From Chlorokybus atmophyticus (lineage: Eukaryota > Plantae > Mesostigma and Chlorokybus algae): a stretch of 64,000 nucleotides of DNA. Position 1 is the first letter of the stretch. Each line of letters begins with the position of its first letter. The stretch is from assembly GCA_009103225.1 (NCBI GenBank), contig RHPI01002411.1, positions 28 to 64,027 of the forward strand. The letters run 5' to 3'. A program made the translations under genes and the position numbers. Under the pieces are notes generated by a model that saw only the letters and a program-made list of their open reading frames with translations, made no database searches and had not been told where the DNA came from. Of this stretch, positions 10,369-21,196 are shown piece after piece.

Positions 10369-13035
10369 ATGGTGGTGAAGGACAAGGAGTCGCCAACATT
10401 GTGGCATCGAAGGTTCGGGCATCTCAGCTACGTCAACCTCACGCGCCTTGTCGCTGAGAAGATGGTCAAGGGCATCCATCTCATCACTGAAGAACACAAG
10501 AATGCATCAGGTGCACTTTGTGAACCATGCCTGGTTGCAAAGCAGCATGCTATGCCATTCCCATCATCCTCTTCTAGCAGTCAGCGTCCTTGCGAGCTTG
10601 TGCACATGGATGTCTGTGGCCCTATGCGCATTGTGGCGAAGGGAGGGGCCAGGTACTTTGCTACATTCCTCGACGACTACAGCAAGCTGTCCATCATCTT
10701 TCCATTGACGCTCAAGTCAGAAGTTGCTGGAGCTGTGCGCACAGTTGTGGCCTTGTTGGAGACGCAGTCTAGCAACAAGATGAAGGCAATGAGGAGTGAT
10801 CGAGGAGGGGAGTACATCAACAAGGAGTTGAAGGAGTTCTTCGCCAGCAAGGGCATACGCCACGAGACAACGGCACCCTACACCCCGCAGCAGAATGGAG
10901 CAGCTGAACGCCTCAACAGGACACTCTTGGAGCGTGTTCGAGCCATGCTCAACGACACAAAGATGGAAGACAGTTTGTGGAAGGAGGCGGTACTCACTGC
11001 CAACTACATCCGCAACAGGTCTCCGGTGAGCTCAGAGCAGAAGACTCCGTGGGAGCACTTCTATGGAGCCACACCAGATGTGAGTGGTATGCGTGTGTTT
11101 GGATGCACGGCATATGCACTAGTGCCTAAACAGCTCAGGCACAAGCTGGAGCCGGTCAGCAAGAAGGGCATCTTCGTTGGCTATGAACCGGGTTCCAAGG
11201 CTTACAGGATCTTGCTCGAGGACACTCAGAAGATCATCGTGAGCAGAGAGGTGGTTTTCCACGAGGGATTATCACAACCAGAAGCAGGCTTCTTTCCTGA
11301 AGATGAAGCACAGCCGGAGCATCCTGAAACAGTGGAGGCTACAGGCAAGGCCATCATCGACGATAAGGGTGAGCAGGACTCCACTGTAGCAGACAAGCAG
11401 TCGCACCTGCAGCAGGAGCACGCAGCTCGGAGATACCCAGTGAGGGAGAGAAAGGCACCTGACTTCTTACACAAGGCACACGTCGCCAGTGTGCAGAATG
11501 AGGAGCCAAGCACCTACGAGGAGGCATTGTTAGCACCAGATGCGGAGCAATGGCAGCGTGCTATGGACGAGGAGATTGCGTCACTCCATGCCAACAACAC
11601 TTGGTCACTGGAGCAGTTACCGCAAGGAGTGAAGACCATTCCAGTGAAATGGGTCTTCAAGGTGAAGCGTGATGGTCAGGGCAACATTGAGCGCTACAAG
11701 GCAAGACTGGTGGCAAAGGGCTTCTTGCAGCAGGAAGGTGTGGACTTCAACGAAGTGTTTGCACCTGCAAGTAAGCATACCACCTTCCGTGCACTGCTAG
11801 CTGTGGTTGCTGCTGAGGACCTCGAGCTGCATCACCTGGATGTGAAGACTGCCTTCCTCTACGGAGAGCTGGAGGAGGAGATCTTCATCGAGCAACCACC
11901 TGGATATGAAGAAGGGGAGAGAGGCACAGCGTGCAAGCTGATCAAGGCACTGTACGGGCTGCGACAGGCACCGCGTATGTGGCACATCAAGCTCACCAAG
12001 GAGCTGGAGGCACTTGGCTTCACCGCATCCTCTGCAGACCCTGGGCTCTTCATCCATGCAGACAACAAGGTCTGGCTGCTCGTGTATGTTGATGATATCA
12101 TCATCACCGCCAGGCAGGTGCACCACCTGCAGGAGACGAAACTTGCTCTACAGCAAGCATTCTCAGTTCGTGATCTTGGAGAGGCCAAGTGGTTCCTTGG
12201 CATGGTGATTGAGCGCGACAGGGCGGCTCGCACAATCAAGATCAGTCAGGAGCAGATGGTGAGAAGACTCGTCACCAAGTTTGGGCTCACTGAAGCGAAG
12301 ACCAAGACCACACCGTTGGCACTTGGCACTGCCCTCATCAAGGCAAAGGATGAGGAGGTACTCGACAAGGCTCAGTATCCATATGGTGAGCTGGTAGGCA
12401 GCATGCTCTATCTGGCAGTGTGCACACGTCCCGATGTTGCACATGCTGTGGGAGTACTTGCTCGCTACATGTCTGCACCGAGCATGGAGCACTGGAGAGC
12501 AGCAAAGGGAGTACTACGCTATGTTGCTGGGAGCGCAACAGTTGGCATCAAGTTTGGGAGCGGGAGCACTGAGTTGGAGGGCTACTGCGACTCGGACTTT
12601 GCTGGTGACCTCAACAGCAGGAGGTCCACTACAGGCTACGTCTTCAAGCTGAACGGAGGCGTGGTGAGCTGGAACAGCAGGCTGCAGCCAACAACAGCAG
12701 CATCTACATCAGAGGCTGAGTACATGGCAGCGGCAGCAGCAGTGAAGGAGGCACTCTGGCTTCGCAAGCTCATGGCAGACTTGGAGCACCCCATGGCGTG
12801 CATCGTCATCAACTGTGACAACCAAGGAGCCATCAAGTTGTTGAAGCACCCTATCGCCTCGGCAAGGACGAAGCACATTGATGTCATGCATCACTTTGTG
12901 CGTGACAGAGTCACAAGGAAGGAGGTGGAGTTCCAGTACTGCAACACCGAGGGCATGCTGGCGGACTTCATGACAAAGCCATTGTCACCACTCAAGTTCA
13001 AGACTTGTTGTGCAGGACTTGGCATCTGTGTTTGA
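10369..13035 (+). CDS. pol: Copia pol of unit 1 (integrase, RT, RNase H); 5' part lost in the assembly gap
   Basis: 888-aa open frame: LWHRRFGH, HMDVCGP, SDRGGEY, QNGAAERLNR, YVDD, GYCDSDFAGD, KHID. Confidence 0.95.
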   Translation: MVVKDKESPTLWHRRFGHLSYVNLTRLVAEKMVKGIHLITEEHKNASGALCEPCLVAKQHAMPFPSSSSSSQRPCELVHMDVCGPMRIVAKGGARYFATFLDDYSKLSIIFPLTLKSEVAGAVRTVVALLETQSSNKMKAMRSDRGGEYINKELKEFFASKGIRHETTAPYTPQQNGAAERLNRTLLERVRAMLNDTKMEDSLWKEAVLTANYIRNRSPVSSEQKTPWEHFYGATPDVSGMRVFGCTAYALVPKQLRHKLEPVSKKGIFVGYEPGSKAYRILLEDTQKIIVSREVVFHEGLSQPEAGFFPEDEAQPEHPETVEATGKAIIDDKGEQDSTVADKQSHLQQEHAARRYPVRERKAPDFLHKAHVASVQNEEPSTYEEALLAPDAEQWQRAMDEEIASLHANNTWSLEQLPQGVKTIPVKWVFKVKRDGQGNIERYKARLVAKGFLQQEGVDFNEVFAPASKHTTFRALLAVVAAEDLELHHLDVKTAFLYGELEEEIFIEQPPGYEEGERGTACKLIKALYGLRQAPRMWHIKLTKELEALGFTASSADPGLFIHADNKVWLLVYVDDIIITARQVHHLQETKLALQQAFSVRDLGEAKWFLGMVIERDRAARTIKISQEQMVRRLVTKFGLTEAKTKTTPLALGTALIKAKDEEVLDKAQYPYGELVGSMLYLAVCTRPDVAHAVGVLARYMSAPSMEHWRAAKGVLRYVAGSATVGIKFGSGSTELEGYCDSDFAGDLNSRRSTTGYVFKLNGGVVSWNSRLQPTTAASTSEAEYMAAAAAVKEALWLRKLMADLEHPMACIVINCDNQGAIKLLKHPIASARTKHIDVMHHFVRDRVTRKEVEFQYCNTEGMLADFMTKPLSPLKFKTCCAGLGICV

Positions 13036-13628
13036 CTACAGGAGCAAGCGTTGGAGGTCAAGCTGCTCGCGTGGGAGTGTTGAGAGTATTCCTACATACG
13101 ATCAGCATCGACCCTCCACACAGGAGTAGAAGGTCGTAAGGACGAGCACTAGGTCCGGACTTAGCAAGATGGCATCGTCGGACCAGACTCCGGACTCCAG
13201 ACTGGAGCCTTACTAACTGCTTCGTATCTCCGCGTATACTTACTCATATTAGGCGTGTAAGAGCTTGTTGGAAAGCTCTGGTTGTAAGAAAGACAACGCA
13301 GCTTAGAGCGCGTCAAAAGGCTGAGTATAGCTTACGCAGTGCTTGCAAACGTAGACGTGTGTGTAACTGGCTGGTATAAGAACCAGCGGACAACTTGTAA
13401 TAGATGAATGTGATGTGACTTGTGTATGCTCTGGTGGCGGTAGCTCTGTCTCTGTGTATCTATGCTTGCCTCAACTACATGTGCATGCTAGTCCTTCAAC
13501 AGGTTATGGGCCCACACTACGCTTGAGGAGTGTGAGACTAGCTTGTGTGCATAGTAGTTCTACACTACGGTAGCTTGTTGGTAGCAGAGCCTTGGGTGTC
13601 AACTGCAAGAAAGGCAGGCTCGACAGAA

Positions 13629-16600
13629 ATGGAGGCGACCTACGACAAGGGGCAGATTGCAAAGCTGGACACCGACAACTACAACACATGGTGCGTGGAG
13701 ATGAAGGCCTTGCTCATCCACAAGAAGGTGTGGAAGTACGTTGATCCGAAGGCACCACCACCAACACCAGGAGCGAACACTGTGTGGTCAGAGCATTCAG
13801 CAGAAGCACACTCTTTGCTTGTGTTGAACAGCAAACCGCATCACTTTCCCATGCTCACTGCATGTGAAGATGGTAGACAAGCTTGGGAAAAGCTATCAGC
13901 CGTTTTCAGAGCCAAGAACAATGCCAGAAAGTTGCATCTACGCAAGCAGCTCAGCGCACTCAGGAAGGAGGCAGCAGAACCCATCACAAAGTATGTTGCG
14001 CGCGCGAGAGAGCTGTGGGCGGACCTCATCAACGTCGGCCACAACATGGGGGAGACGGAGGTAGTGCTGGCCATTGTTGCAGGGCTACCAGCAGAGTACG
14101 AGGTCGTCGCAACCCTGCTGGAGACGTCATCATCGGAGTTGACGTTGGACGATGTGCTACCGAAGCTGCTCACCGTGGAGCAGAGGGTTGTGAAGAAGGA
14201 CGAGCAAGCGGATGCCGTCGCCTTCTACACCGGCAAGCACGCAAAGAAGAGCAACCATGAAGAGAAGTACAAGGGCAACAAGCCAGGCAATCCTCGTCAC
14301 AAAGACCTCACATGCCACTGGTGTGGTTGGAAGGGGCACATTGTGAAGGACTGTAGGAAGAAACAACAGGGGCAACCTAGAGCAAGCACCAGCAACAGCG
14401 GCAACGAGCACCAACACAAGGAGAAACATGTCGCCTTCACTGCATCCAGTTCGAGGGCGGGCACAGCTTTCTGGGTGGTGGACTCTGGCTGCGATCGTCA
14501 TCTCACACCAAACAAGGAGGTGATGGAGGGCTACAGGAAGCTGACGTCCACAATCAAGGTGGCGGGCTTCGGTGGCGAAGTACTGGTGGCTGAGGGAGTT
14601 GGCAACGTACGACTCCAGTGCAAGGTTGGTAACACACTACGCGAGGTGTTGTTACGCAACGTCCTGCATGTTCCTAAGGCTATTGCGAGTCTATTCTCTG
14701 TGAGGGTTGCGGAGCGCTTAGGCGCGGAGATCCTATTTCGGAAGGGTGGCTGCTCAGTCATCCTTGATGGGGTCGTGCACATGGTTGGAATCGCTGATCC
14801 GGGAGGGCTCTACCACGTGGAGCAGCCTCAAGACAGAGACATTCAAGCCATGGTGGTGAAGGACAAGGAGTCGCCAACATTGTGGCATCGGAGGTTCGGG
14901 CATCTCAGCTACGTCAACCTCACTCGCCTTGTCGCTGAGAAGATGGTCAAGGGCATCCATCTCAGCACAGAAGAACTCAAGACAGCATCAGGTGCACTTT
15001 GTGAACCATGCCTGGTTGCAAAGCAGCATGCTATGCCATTCCCATCATCCTCTTCTAGCAGTCAGCATCCTTGCGAGCTTGTGCACATGGATGTCTGTGG
15101 CCCTATGCGCATTGTGGCGAAGGGAGGGGCCAGGTACTTTGCTACGTTCCTCGACGACTACAGCAAGCTGTCCATCATCTTTCCATTGACGCTCAAGTCA
15201 GAAGTTGCTGGAGCTGTGCGCACAGTTGTGGCCTTGTTGGAGACCCAGTCTGGCAACAAGATGAAGGCAATGAGGAGTGATCGAGGAGGGGAGTACATCA
15301 ACAAGGAGTTGAAGGAGTTCTTCGCCAGCAAGGGCATACGCCACGAGACAACGGCACCCTACACCCCGCAGCAGAATGGAGCAGCTGAACGCCTCAACAG
15401 GACACTCTTGGAGCGTGTTCGAGCCATGCTCAACGACACAAAGATGGAAGACAGTTTGTGGAAGGAGGCGGTACTCACTGCCAACTACATCCGCAACAGG
15501 TCTCCGGTGAGCTCAGAGCAGAAGACTCCGTGGGAGCACTTCTATGGAGCCACACCAGATGTGAGTGGTATGCGTGTGTTTGGATGCACGGCATATGCAC
15601 TAGTGCCTAAACAGCTCAGGCACAAGCTGGAGCCGGTCAGCAAGAAGGGCATCTTCGTTGGCTATGAACCGGGTTCCAAGGCTTACAGGATCTTGCTCGA
15701 GGACACTCAGAAGATCATCGTGAGCAGAGAGGTGGTTTTCCACGAGGGATTATCACAACCAGAAGCAGGCTTCTTTCCTGAAGATGAAGCACAGCCGGAG
15801 CATCCTGAAACAGTGGAGGCTACAGGCAAGGCCATCATCGACGATAAGGGTGAGCAGGACTCCACTGTAGCAGACAAGCAGTCGCACCTGCAGCAGGAGC
15901 ACGCAGCTCGGAGATACCCAGTGAGGGAGAGAAAGGCACCTGACTTCCTACACAAGGCACACGTCGCCAGTGTGCAGCATGAGGAGCCAAGCACCTACGA
16001 GGAGGCATTGTTAGCACCAGATGCGGAGCAATGGCAGCGTGCTATGGACGAGGAGATTGCGTCACTCCATGCCAACAACACTTGGTCACTGGAGCAGTTA
16101 CCGCAAGGAGTGAAGACCATTCCAGTGAAATGGGTCTTCAAGGTGAAGCGTGATGGTCAGGGCAACATTGAGCGCTACAAGGCAAGACTGGTGGCAAAGG
16201 GCTTCTTGCAGCAGGAAGGTGTGGACTTCAACGAAGTGTTTGCACCTGCAAGTAAGCATACCACCTTCCGTGCACTGCTAGCTATGGTTGCTGCTGAAGA
16301 CCTAGAGCTGCATCACCTGGATGTGAAGACTGCCTTCCTCTACGGAGAGCTGGAGGAGGAGATCTTCATCGAGCAACCACCTGGATATGAAGAAGGGGAG
16401 AGAGGCACAGCGTGCAAGCTGATCAAGGCACTATACGGGCTGCGACATGCACCGCGTATGTGGCACATCAAGCTCACCAAGGAGCTGGAGGCACTTGGCT
16501 ACACTGCATCCTCTGCAGACCCTGGGCTCTTCATCCATGCAGACAACAAGGTCTGGCTGCTTGTGTATGTTGATGATATCATCATCACCGCCAGGCAGGT

Positions 16601-17513
16601 GCACCACCTGCAGGAGAAACTTGCTTTGCAGCAAGCATTCTCAGTTCGTGATCTTGGAGAGGCCAAGTGGTTCCTTGGCATGGTGATTGAGCGCGACAGG
16701 GCGGCTCGCACAATCAAGATCAGTCAGGAGCAGATGGTGAGAAGACTCGTCACCAAGTTTGGGCTCACTGAAGCGAAGACCAAGACCACACCGTTGGCAC
16801 TTGGCACTGCCCTCATCAAGGCAAAGGATGAGGAGGTACTCGACAAGGCTCAGTATCCATATGGTGAGCTGGTAGGCAGCATGCTCTATCTGGCAGTGTG
16901 CACACGTCCCGATGTTGCACATGCTGTGGGAGTACTTGCTCGCTACATGTCTGCACCGAGCATGGAGCACTGGAGAGCAGCAAAGGGAGTACTACGCTAT
17001 GTTGCTGGGAGCGCAACAGTTGGCATCAAGTTTGGGAGCGGGAGCACTGAGTTGGAGGGCTACTGCGACTCGGACTTTGCTGGTGACCTCAACAGCAGGA
17101 GGTCCACTACAGGCTACGTCTTCAAGCTGAACGGAGGCGTGGTGAGCTGGAACAGCAGGCTGCAGCCAACAACAGCAGCATCTACATCAGAGGCTGAGTA
17201 CATGGCAGCGGCAGCAGCAGTGAAGGAGGCACTCTGGCTTCGCAAGCTCATGGCAGACTTGGAGCACCCCATGGCGTGCATCGTCATCAACTGTGACAAC
17301 CAAGGAGCCATCAAGTTGTTGAAGCACCCTATCGCCTCGGCAAGGACGAAGCACATTGATGTCATGCATCACTTTGTGCGTGACAGAGTCACAAGGAAGG
17401 AGGTGGAGTTCCAGTACTGCAACACCGAGGGCATGCTGGCGGACTTCATGACAAAGCCATTGTCACCACTCAAGTTCAAGACTTGTTGTGCAGGACTTGG
17501 CATCTGTGTTTGA
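13629..17513 (+). CDS. gag-pol: Intact Copia gag-pol polyprotein (1294 aa from the ATG at 13629)
   Basis: Single ORF with UBN2-like gag, CHWCGWKGHIVKDC knuckle, VVDSGC protease, GAG-pre-integrase, DDE integrase, RT (YVDD) and RNase H, in Copia order INT-RT-RH. Confidence 0.97.
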   Translation: MEATYDKGQIAKLDTDNYNTWCVEMKALLIHKKVWKYVDPKAPPPTPGANTVWSEHSAEAHSLLVLNSKPHHFPMLTACEDGRQAWEKLSAVFRAKNNARKLHLRKQLSALRKEAAEPITKYVARARELWADLINVGHNMGETEVVLAIVAGLPAEYEVVATLLETSSSELTLDDVLPKLLTVEQRVVKKDEQADAVAFYTGKHAKKSNHEEKYKGNKPGNPRHKDLTCHWCGWKGHIVKDCRKKQQGQPRASTSNSGNEHQHKEKHVAFTASSSRAGTAFWVVDSGCDRHLTPNKEVMEGYRKLTSTIKVAGFGGEVLVAEGVGNVRLQCKVGNTLREVLLRNVLHVPKAIASLFSVRVAERLGAEILFRKGGCSVILDGVVHMVGIADPGGLYHVEQPQDRDIQAMVVKDKESPTLWHRRFGHLSYVNLTRLVAEKMVKGIHLSTEELKTASGALCEPCLVAKQHAMPFPSSSSSSQHPCELVHMDVCGPMRIVAKGGARYFATFLDDYSKLSIIFPLTLKSEVAGAVRTVVALLETQSGNKMKAMRSDRGGEYINKELKEFFASKGIRHETTAPYTPQQNGAAERLNRTLLERVRAMLNDTKMEDSLWKEAVLTANYIRNRSPVSSEQKTPWEHFYGATPDVSGMRVFGCTAYALVPKQLRHKLEPVSKKGIFVGYEPGSKAYRILLEDTQKIIVSREVVFHEGLSQPEAGFFPEDEAQPEHPETVEATGKAIIDDKGEQDSTVADKQSHLQQEHAARRYPVRERKAPDFLHKAHVASVQHEEPSTYEEALLAPDAEQWQRAMDEEIASLHANNTWSLEQLPQGVKTIPVKWVFKVKRDGQGNIERYKARLVAKGFLQQEGVDFNEVFAPASKHTTFRALLAMVAAEDLELHHLDVKTAFLYGELEEEIFIEQPPGYEEGERGTACKLIKALYGLRHAPRMWHIKLTKELEALGYTASSADPGLFIHADNKVWLLVYVDDIIITARQVHHLQEKLALQQAFSVRDLGEAKWFLGMVIERDRAARTIKISQEQMVRRLVTKFGLTEAKTKTTPLALGTALIKAKDEEVLDKAQYPYGELVGSMLYLAVCTRPDVAHAVGVLARYMSAPSMEHWRAAKGVLRYVAGSATVGIKFGSGSTELEGYCDSDFAGDLNSRRSTTGYVFKLNGGVVSWNSRLQPTTAASTSEAEYMAAAAAVKEALWLRKLMADLEHPMACIVINCDNQGAIKLLKHPIASARTKHIDVMHHFVRDRVTRKEVEFQYCNTEGMLADFMTKPLSPLKFKTCCAGLGICV

Positions 17514-17984
17514 CTACAGGAGCAAGCGTTGGAGGTCAAGCTGCTCGCGTGGGAGTGTTGAGAGTATTCCTACATACGATCAGCATCGACCCTCCACACA
17601 GGAGTAGAAGGTCGTAAGGACGAGCACTAGGTCCGGACTTAGCAAGATGGCATCGTCGGACCAGACTCCGGACTCCAGACTGGAGCTTTACTAACTGCTT
17701 TGTATCTCCACGTATACTGACTCATATAAGGCGTGTAAGAGCTTGTTGGAAAGCTCTGGTTGTAAGAAAGACAACGCAGCTTAGAGCGCGTCAAAAGACT
17801 GAGTATAGCTTACGCAGTGCTTGCAAACGTAGACGTGTGTGTAACTGGCTGGTATAAGAACCAGCAAACAACTTGTAATAGATGAATGTGATGTGACTTG
17901 TGTATGCTCTGGTGGCGGTAGCTCTGTCCGTGTGTATCTATGCTTGCCTCAACTACATGTGCATGCTAGTCCTTCAACAAACGA

Positions 17985-19345
17985 AGCACTGAGGCCCCTC
18001 AATACCGTCCGCCGTCATCAGCGCTACACCGCGCTGGAACAGGCATTCACCTGGCGACAGGATCAAGCAGCAGCAATCGATGCAAGAACGCACGCCCTTG
18101 CCGAGACTTGCGCTGGCGTTCTTCAGCCGACAGTCGCTGGCCCATCATCAAGCACAACACCTCTCGTCGGTGGGCCCAATAATGACCAGACGAGGGTGCT
18201 GGCCCAATAAACCAGGGGGGTGATCGCCCCGCTGCTACCCGCCTTGTTGGAAGACTTGCCTGAGGATCAACGGGATCCAGGGAGAGGCTACCTCACACCG
18301 TAAGGGTCGACACAACGAGATGGAGCAGGTTCAATCAGGGAACAGCAACTACGGACTGCCCTGTTGCAACAAGCAACCATGCTGCACCGACAAGAAGGCA
18401 TCGGCCTGAGACGGATGCTGGGGATGCGAGAAGGTGGCAATGCTCGATCAAGACTAGTAACTTGGTTAGTCACCAATCACCCCGCAGTCCCCCTGTTCGC
18501 CTTCAGCATCAGATTGGTCTGGTTAGACGCCTTCCTGCGCTCACTACGGCAAGCCTATGACGAGGTTGCCTCGACAGCCACTGACACCTTAGATGGAGTA
18601 CAAGAGGCCATACTGAGGTTGCCAGGGGTGGAAGCAGCGCAACAACGCAGACGCATCGCAGCTGCCTACGAGCAGCATGTCCAACAGCCAGAGATTTCCC
18701 TCACTGTGCGGGCGCGAGCAACAACGGTGTTGGAGGTGGGAGTGGTTAACGGCAGATGGGATGCCTACGTGGCAGGGATCCTAAGAATCCCCACCATCAC
18801 TCACGACATAAGAGCGCGGCTTCTGCGCGCAGTGTATCTCTAGCCCATGCCTTAGAAATACCGCTGGAGTGACGTGATCAACAATCCAACAGCAACATGG
18901 GAAGGTACATTGGTCAGGGAGGCAGCTCATGCAGTACGCTGGACTTATGTGGAAGAACAAGCCGCACGGGAGGCGGGCCCACAAACACCCGGTCCTCCAG
19001 GGCTTCCCCAACAGCCACTGGCCACGCCGCCAGGAATGACCCTGGCCACATGGAGACGCAATCCCCCGACGCCACCACCAGGACAGCCGCAGGCAGCACC
19101 GCCGGCACCCAGACCACAGCGTGTTTATTAACAGCCAAGGCAAGGACGGTTCGGGCCAGGCCGCGGTCAAGGAAGTGCGCAAGACCCAGCTGGGCGTGGG
19201 GCGCTTGCCGCACTGCGCTTGACACCACCGGAAGAGACTGCAGCAGCAGATACCCCACGCACCCGCTACCGACGATGCAAGCGATTGCGCATCCACGCCA
19301 ATGCGGCCATGATCGCCAACCAAGGCAAGAATGTCACGATCAGGA
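17985..19345 (+). pseudogene. gag: Gypsy gag C-terminal extension up to just before the protease active site
   Basis: Continues the frame from 8485 with several stops. Ends ...ANAAMIANQGKNVTI, matching copy 2 ...ANAVMVANQGKHAQI, which precedes LDGGA. Confidence 0.7.
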
Positions 19346-19784
19346 CTTCGCAAAGATTGCGCGACCCCTCAACGAGCTCCTGAAGAAGGAGGTGGAGTTT
19401 GCGTGGAAGGGGCCACAAAGTTGGGAGCATGCTCTACTTGGCAGTGTGCACAAAATGTCGGGTCGGGCAGGGTCGTGTGCCTCTCCGGGTCGATCCCAAC
19501 TGTATTGTCATGACAGGGAATGAGGCCAGCCTGGTGGGCTGTCGATTGTGTAGCTGCACAGTGCGGGAGGCAAAGGATACCCCCCTGCATGTACCTACTT
19601 GTGGGGATAACACATATGATGTTAATGACATGTGATACGATGTGGTGCTGCATGCTCTGAGTAATGCACTGCGTTGCTGACAATGGTAACAAGAGCAAGT
19701 CAACAAGCCACCCCTCCTGTGAACTTGGGAAGCCTCTGTTCCATTGAGCAGCCTTCAGCGGGAATGAGGAGGACCATGGATACG

Positions 19785-19919
19785 ACAGTCCTCACACCAA
19801 TATGCCTCCAGGGGCACAGTGTCCTTTGGTGGGTCGAGGCAGTAGCAGTGCATACCGTTGTTGCACCCATCGCACAACATCATGAGTGCGTCATTGTCGG
19901 CACTACCGCACTTCTCGCA
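19785..19919 (-). CDS. PHD finger (C4HC3) at the integrase C-terminus
   Basis: CEKCGSADNDALMMLCDGCNNGMHCYCLDPPKDTVPLEAYWCEDC. Confidence 0.92.
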
Positions 19920-20048
19920 ACGCTTGCTGCAATCGGGTCGAGGGTGCTGAACGATGTCGAAGCCTGCAACGTGTGGCAGGTGGCATGGAGAACAAGTCTC
20001 CATGTTGTCCTTGAGACGTTTGCCGTCGTTGCCGAGTAAGTCCAGAAC

Positions 20049-21196
20049 TCAAGAAGGGAGCACCTTTAGGACTTTGTAGACGACGCGTTTGACACTTATG
20101 TCAAGGGTGTCTTTGGTCTGGGTCATATGGTAAACGTAGTCGCCCGCCTCGAAGCGGCGGATGCGCTGCTTGTAGAACCCACTGCGGACGCGTTCGTAGC
20201 GCAGAATGTCCCGGTGCTGAGCAATGCGGAGGTTGCCCATGGTCATGGGGATGACGTGCGCGAACAGGTAGGCGCGCTGCTGCATGTCGTGCAGCATAGC
20301 CACATGGTCGTCGAGGTTGTCCAGCACGCGTTCTACTTCCTTTTGAGCGCGGAAGGGGATTAAGGGTTCTCTCTGCCAAACAGCAGCTGGTATGGGCTGT
20401 ACATGCGCAAGGAAGCCTGTTTGAAAAGCTGATAGCCTAGTGCAATCCAGGGGAGGTAGTCATCCCAGGTGCGTTTCTCGTCGTCGATGACGTACTTGCG
20501 CAAGGCCTTCCTGATGGTCTGGACAGTACGCTCCGCCAGTCCATCTGCCTGCGGATGGTCACGAGAGGTCCGCCGGTGGTTGATGTAGGAGCGATCTAGC
20601 AAGGTGTCGAATTCGCCGCGGAATTCTGCCCCTTGGTCGGTAATGACTTCAGCACATGAGCCGAAGCGATTGAGCACATGGTCAAGGAACGCCTGAGCGG
20701 TTCCCCTGCTGCTTTTGTCGGGAAGGGGGACCAGCTCAACCCACTTGGACAAGTGTTCGATTATGACGAGGATGTACTTGTTGCGACGAGTTGCGGGTGC
20801 CAAATCTCCAAGGATGTTCAGTCCCCACCGGTAGAACATGCCGGCTATAGGCAGCGGATGAAGCATGCTAGTACGGGTGTTGAGGCTGGCACGCACAAGG
20901 TCGCAATGCGCGCAGCTTGCGACAAGAGTGCGAACCTGGGTGTGCATGCCATGCCACCAGTATTGGGCACTCACCAAGCTGTCGGTGCGCTTGACACCGA
21001 AATGACCCAGCTCCGTGTGGAGTGCAGAGATGATGCCCTCGCGACGGTGCAGCGCCGGAACCTCTTTGTCATGGATGTGGACACGCCGGAAGACGAGTCC
21101 ATCCTCCCATCGGTAGTTCTGACAGCGCTGACTGACGCGATCCCGTTCACGCGCGCTCAGTCCTGCTATGTGCTGTCCATGCTGTAGGTAGGCCAT
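20049..21196 (-). pseudogene. Gypsy integrase (HHCC zinc finger + rve core), frameshifted; first catalytic Asp appears mutated to Asn
   Basis: HTELGH...CAHC; WGLNILG (expected D); ITDQGAEF; DGLAER; SPYQLLFGR. Confidence 0.9.

Larger units (their letters stand above)
8486..17979 (+). mobile_element. Tandem three-LTR Ty1/Copia (LTR-int-LTR-int-LTR), family A
   Basis: 424-bp LTRs at 8486-8909, 13078-13501 and 17556-17979 (TGTTGAG...TTCAACA). 5-bp TSD AACGA at 8481-8485 and 17980-17984. PBS GGTTATGGGCCCA after LTR1 and LTR2, PPT-like GCGTGGGAG before LTR2 and LTR3. Confidence 0.95.
5014..19422 (+). mobile_element. Ty3/Gypsy copy 1 (5' LTR, very long gag, pol almost entirely deleted), interrupted by tandem Copia
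   Basis: The LTR starts TGTCATGCC, like the LTR of copy 2 at 28917 (minus). gag has a retrotrans_gag-like region and two CCHC knuckles. The end of gag is homologous to copy 2 (REAAHA..WT, RRNPP, GQGSAQ, ANQGK). A deletion then jumps to the DFAKIARPLNELLKK RT/RH connection. Confidence 0.8.
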
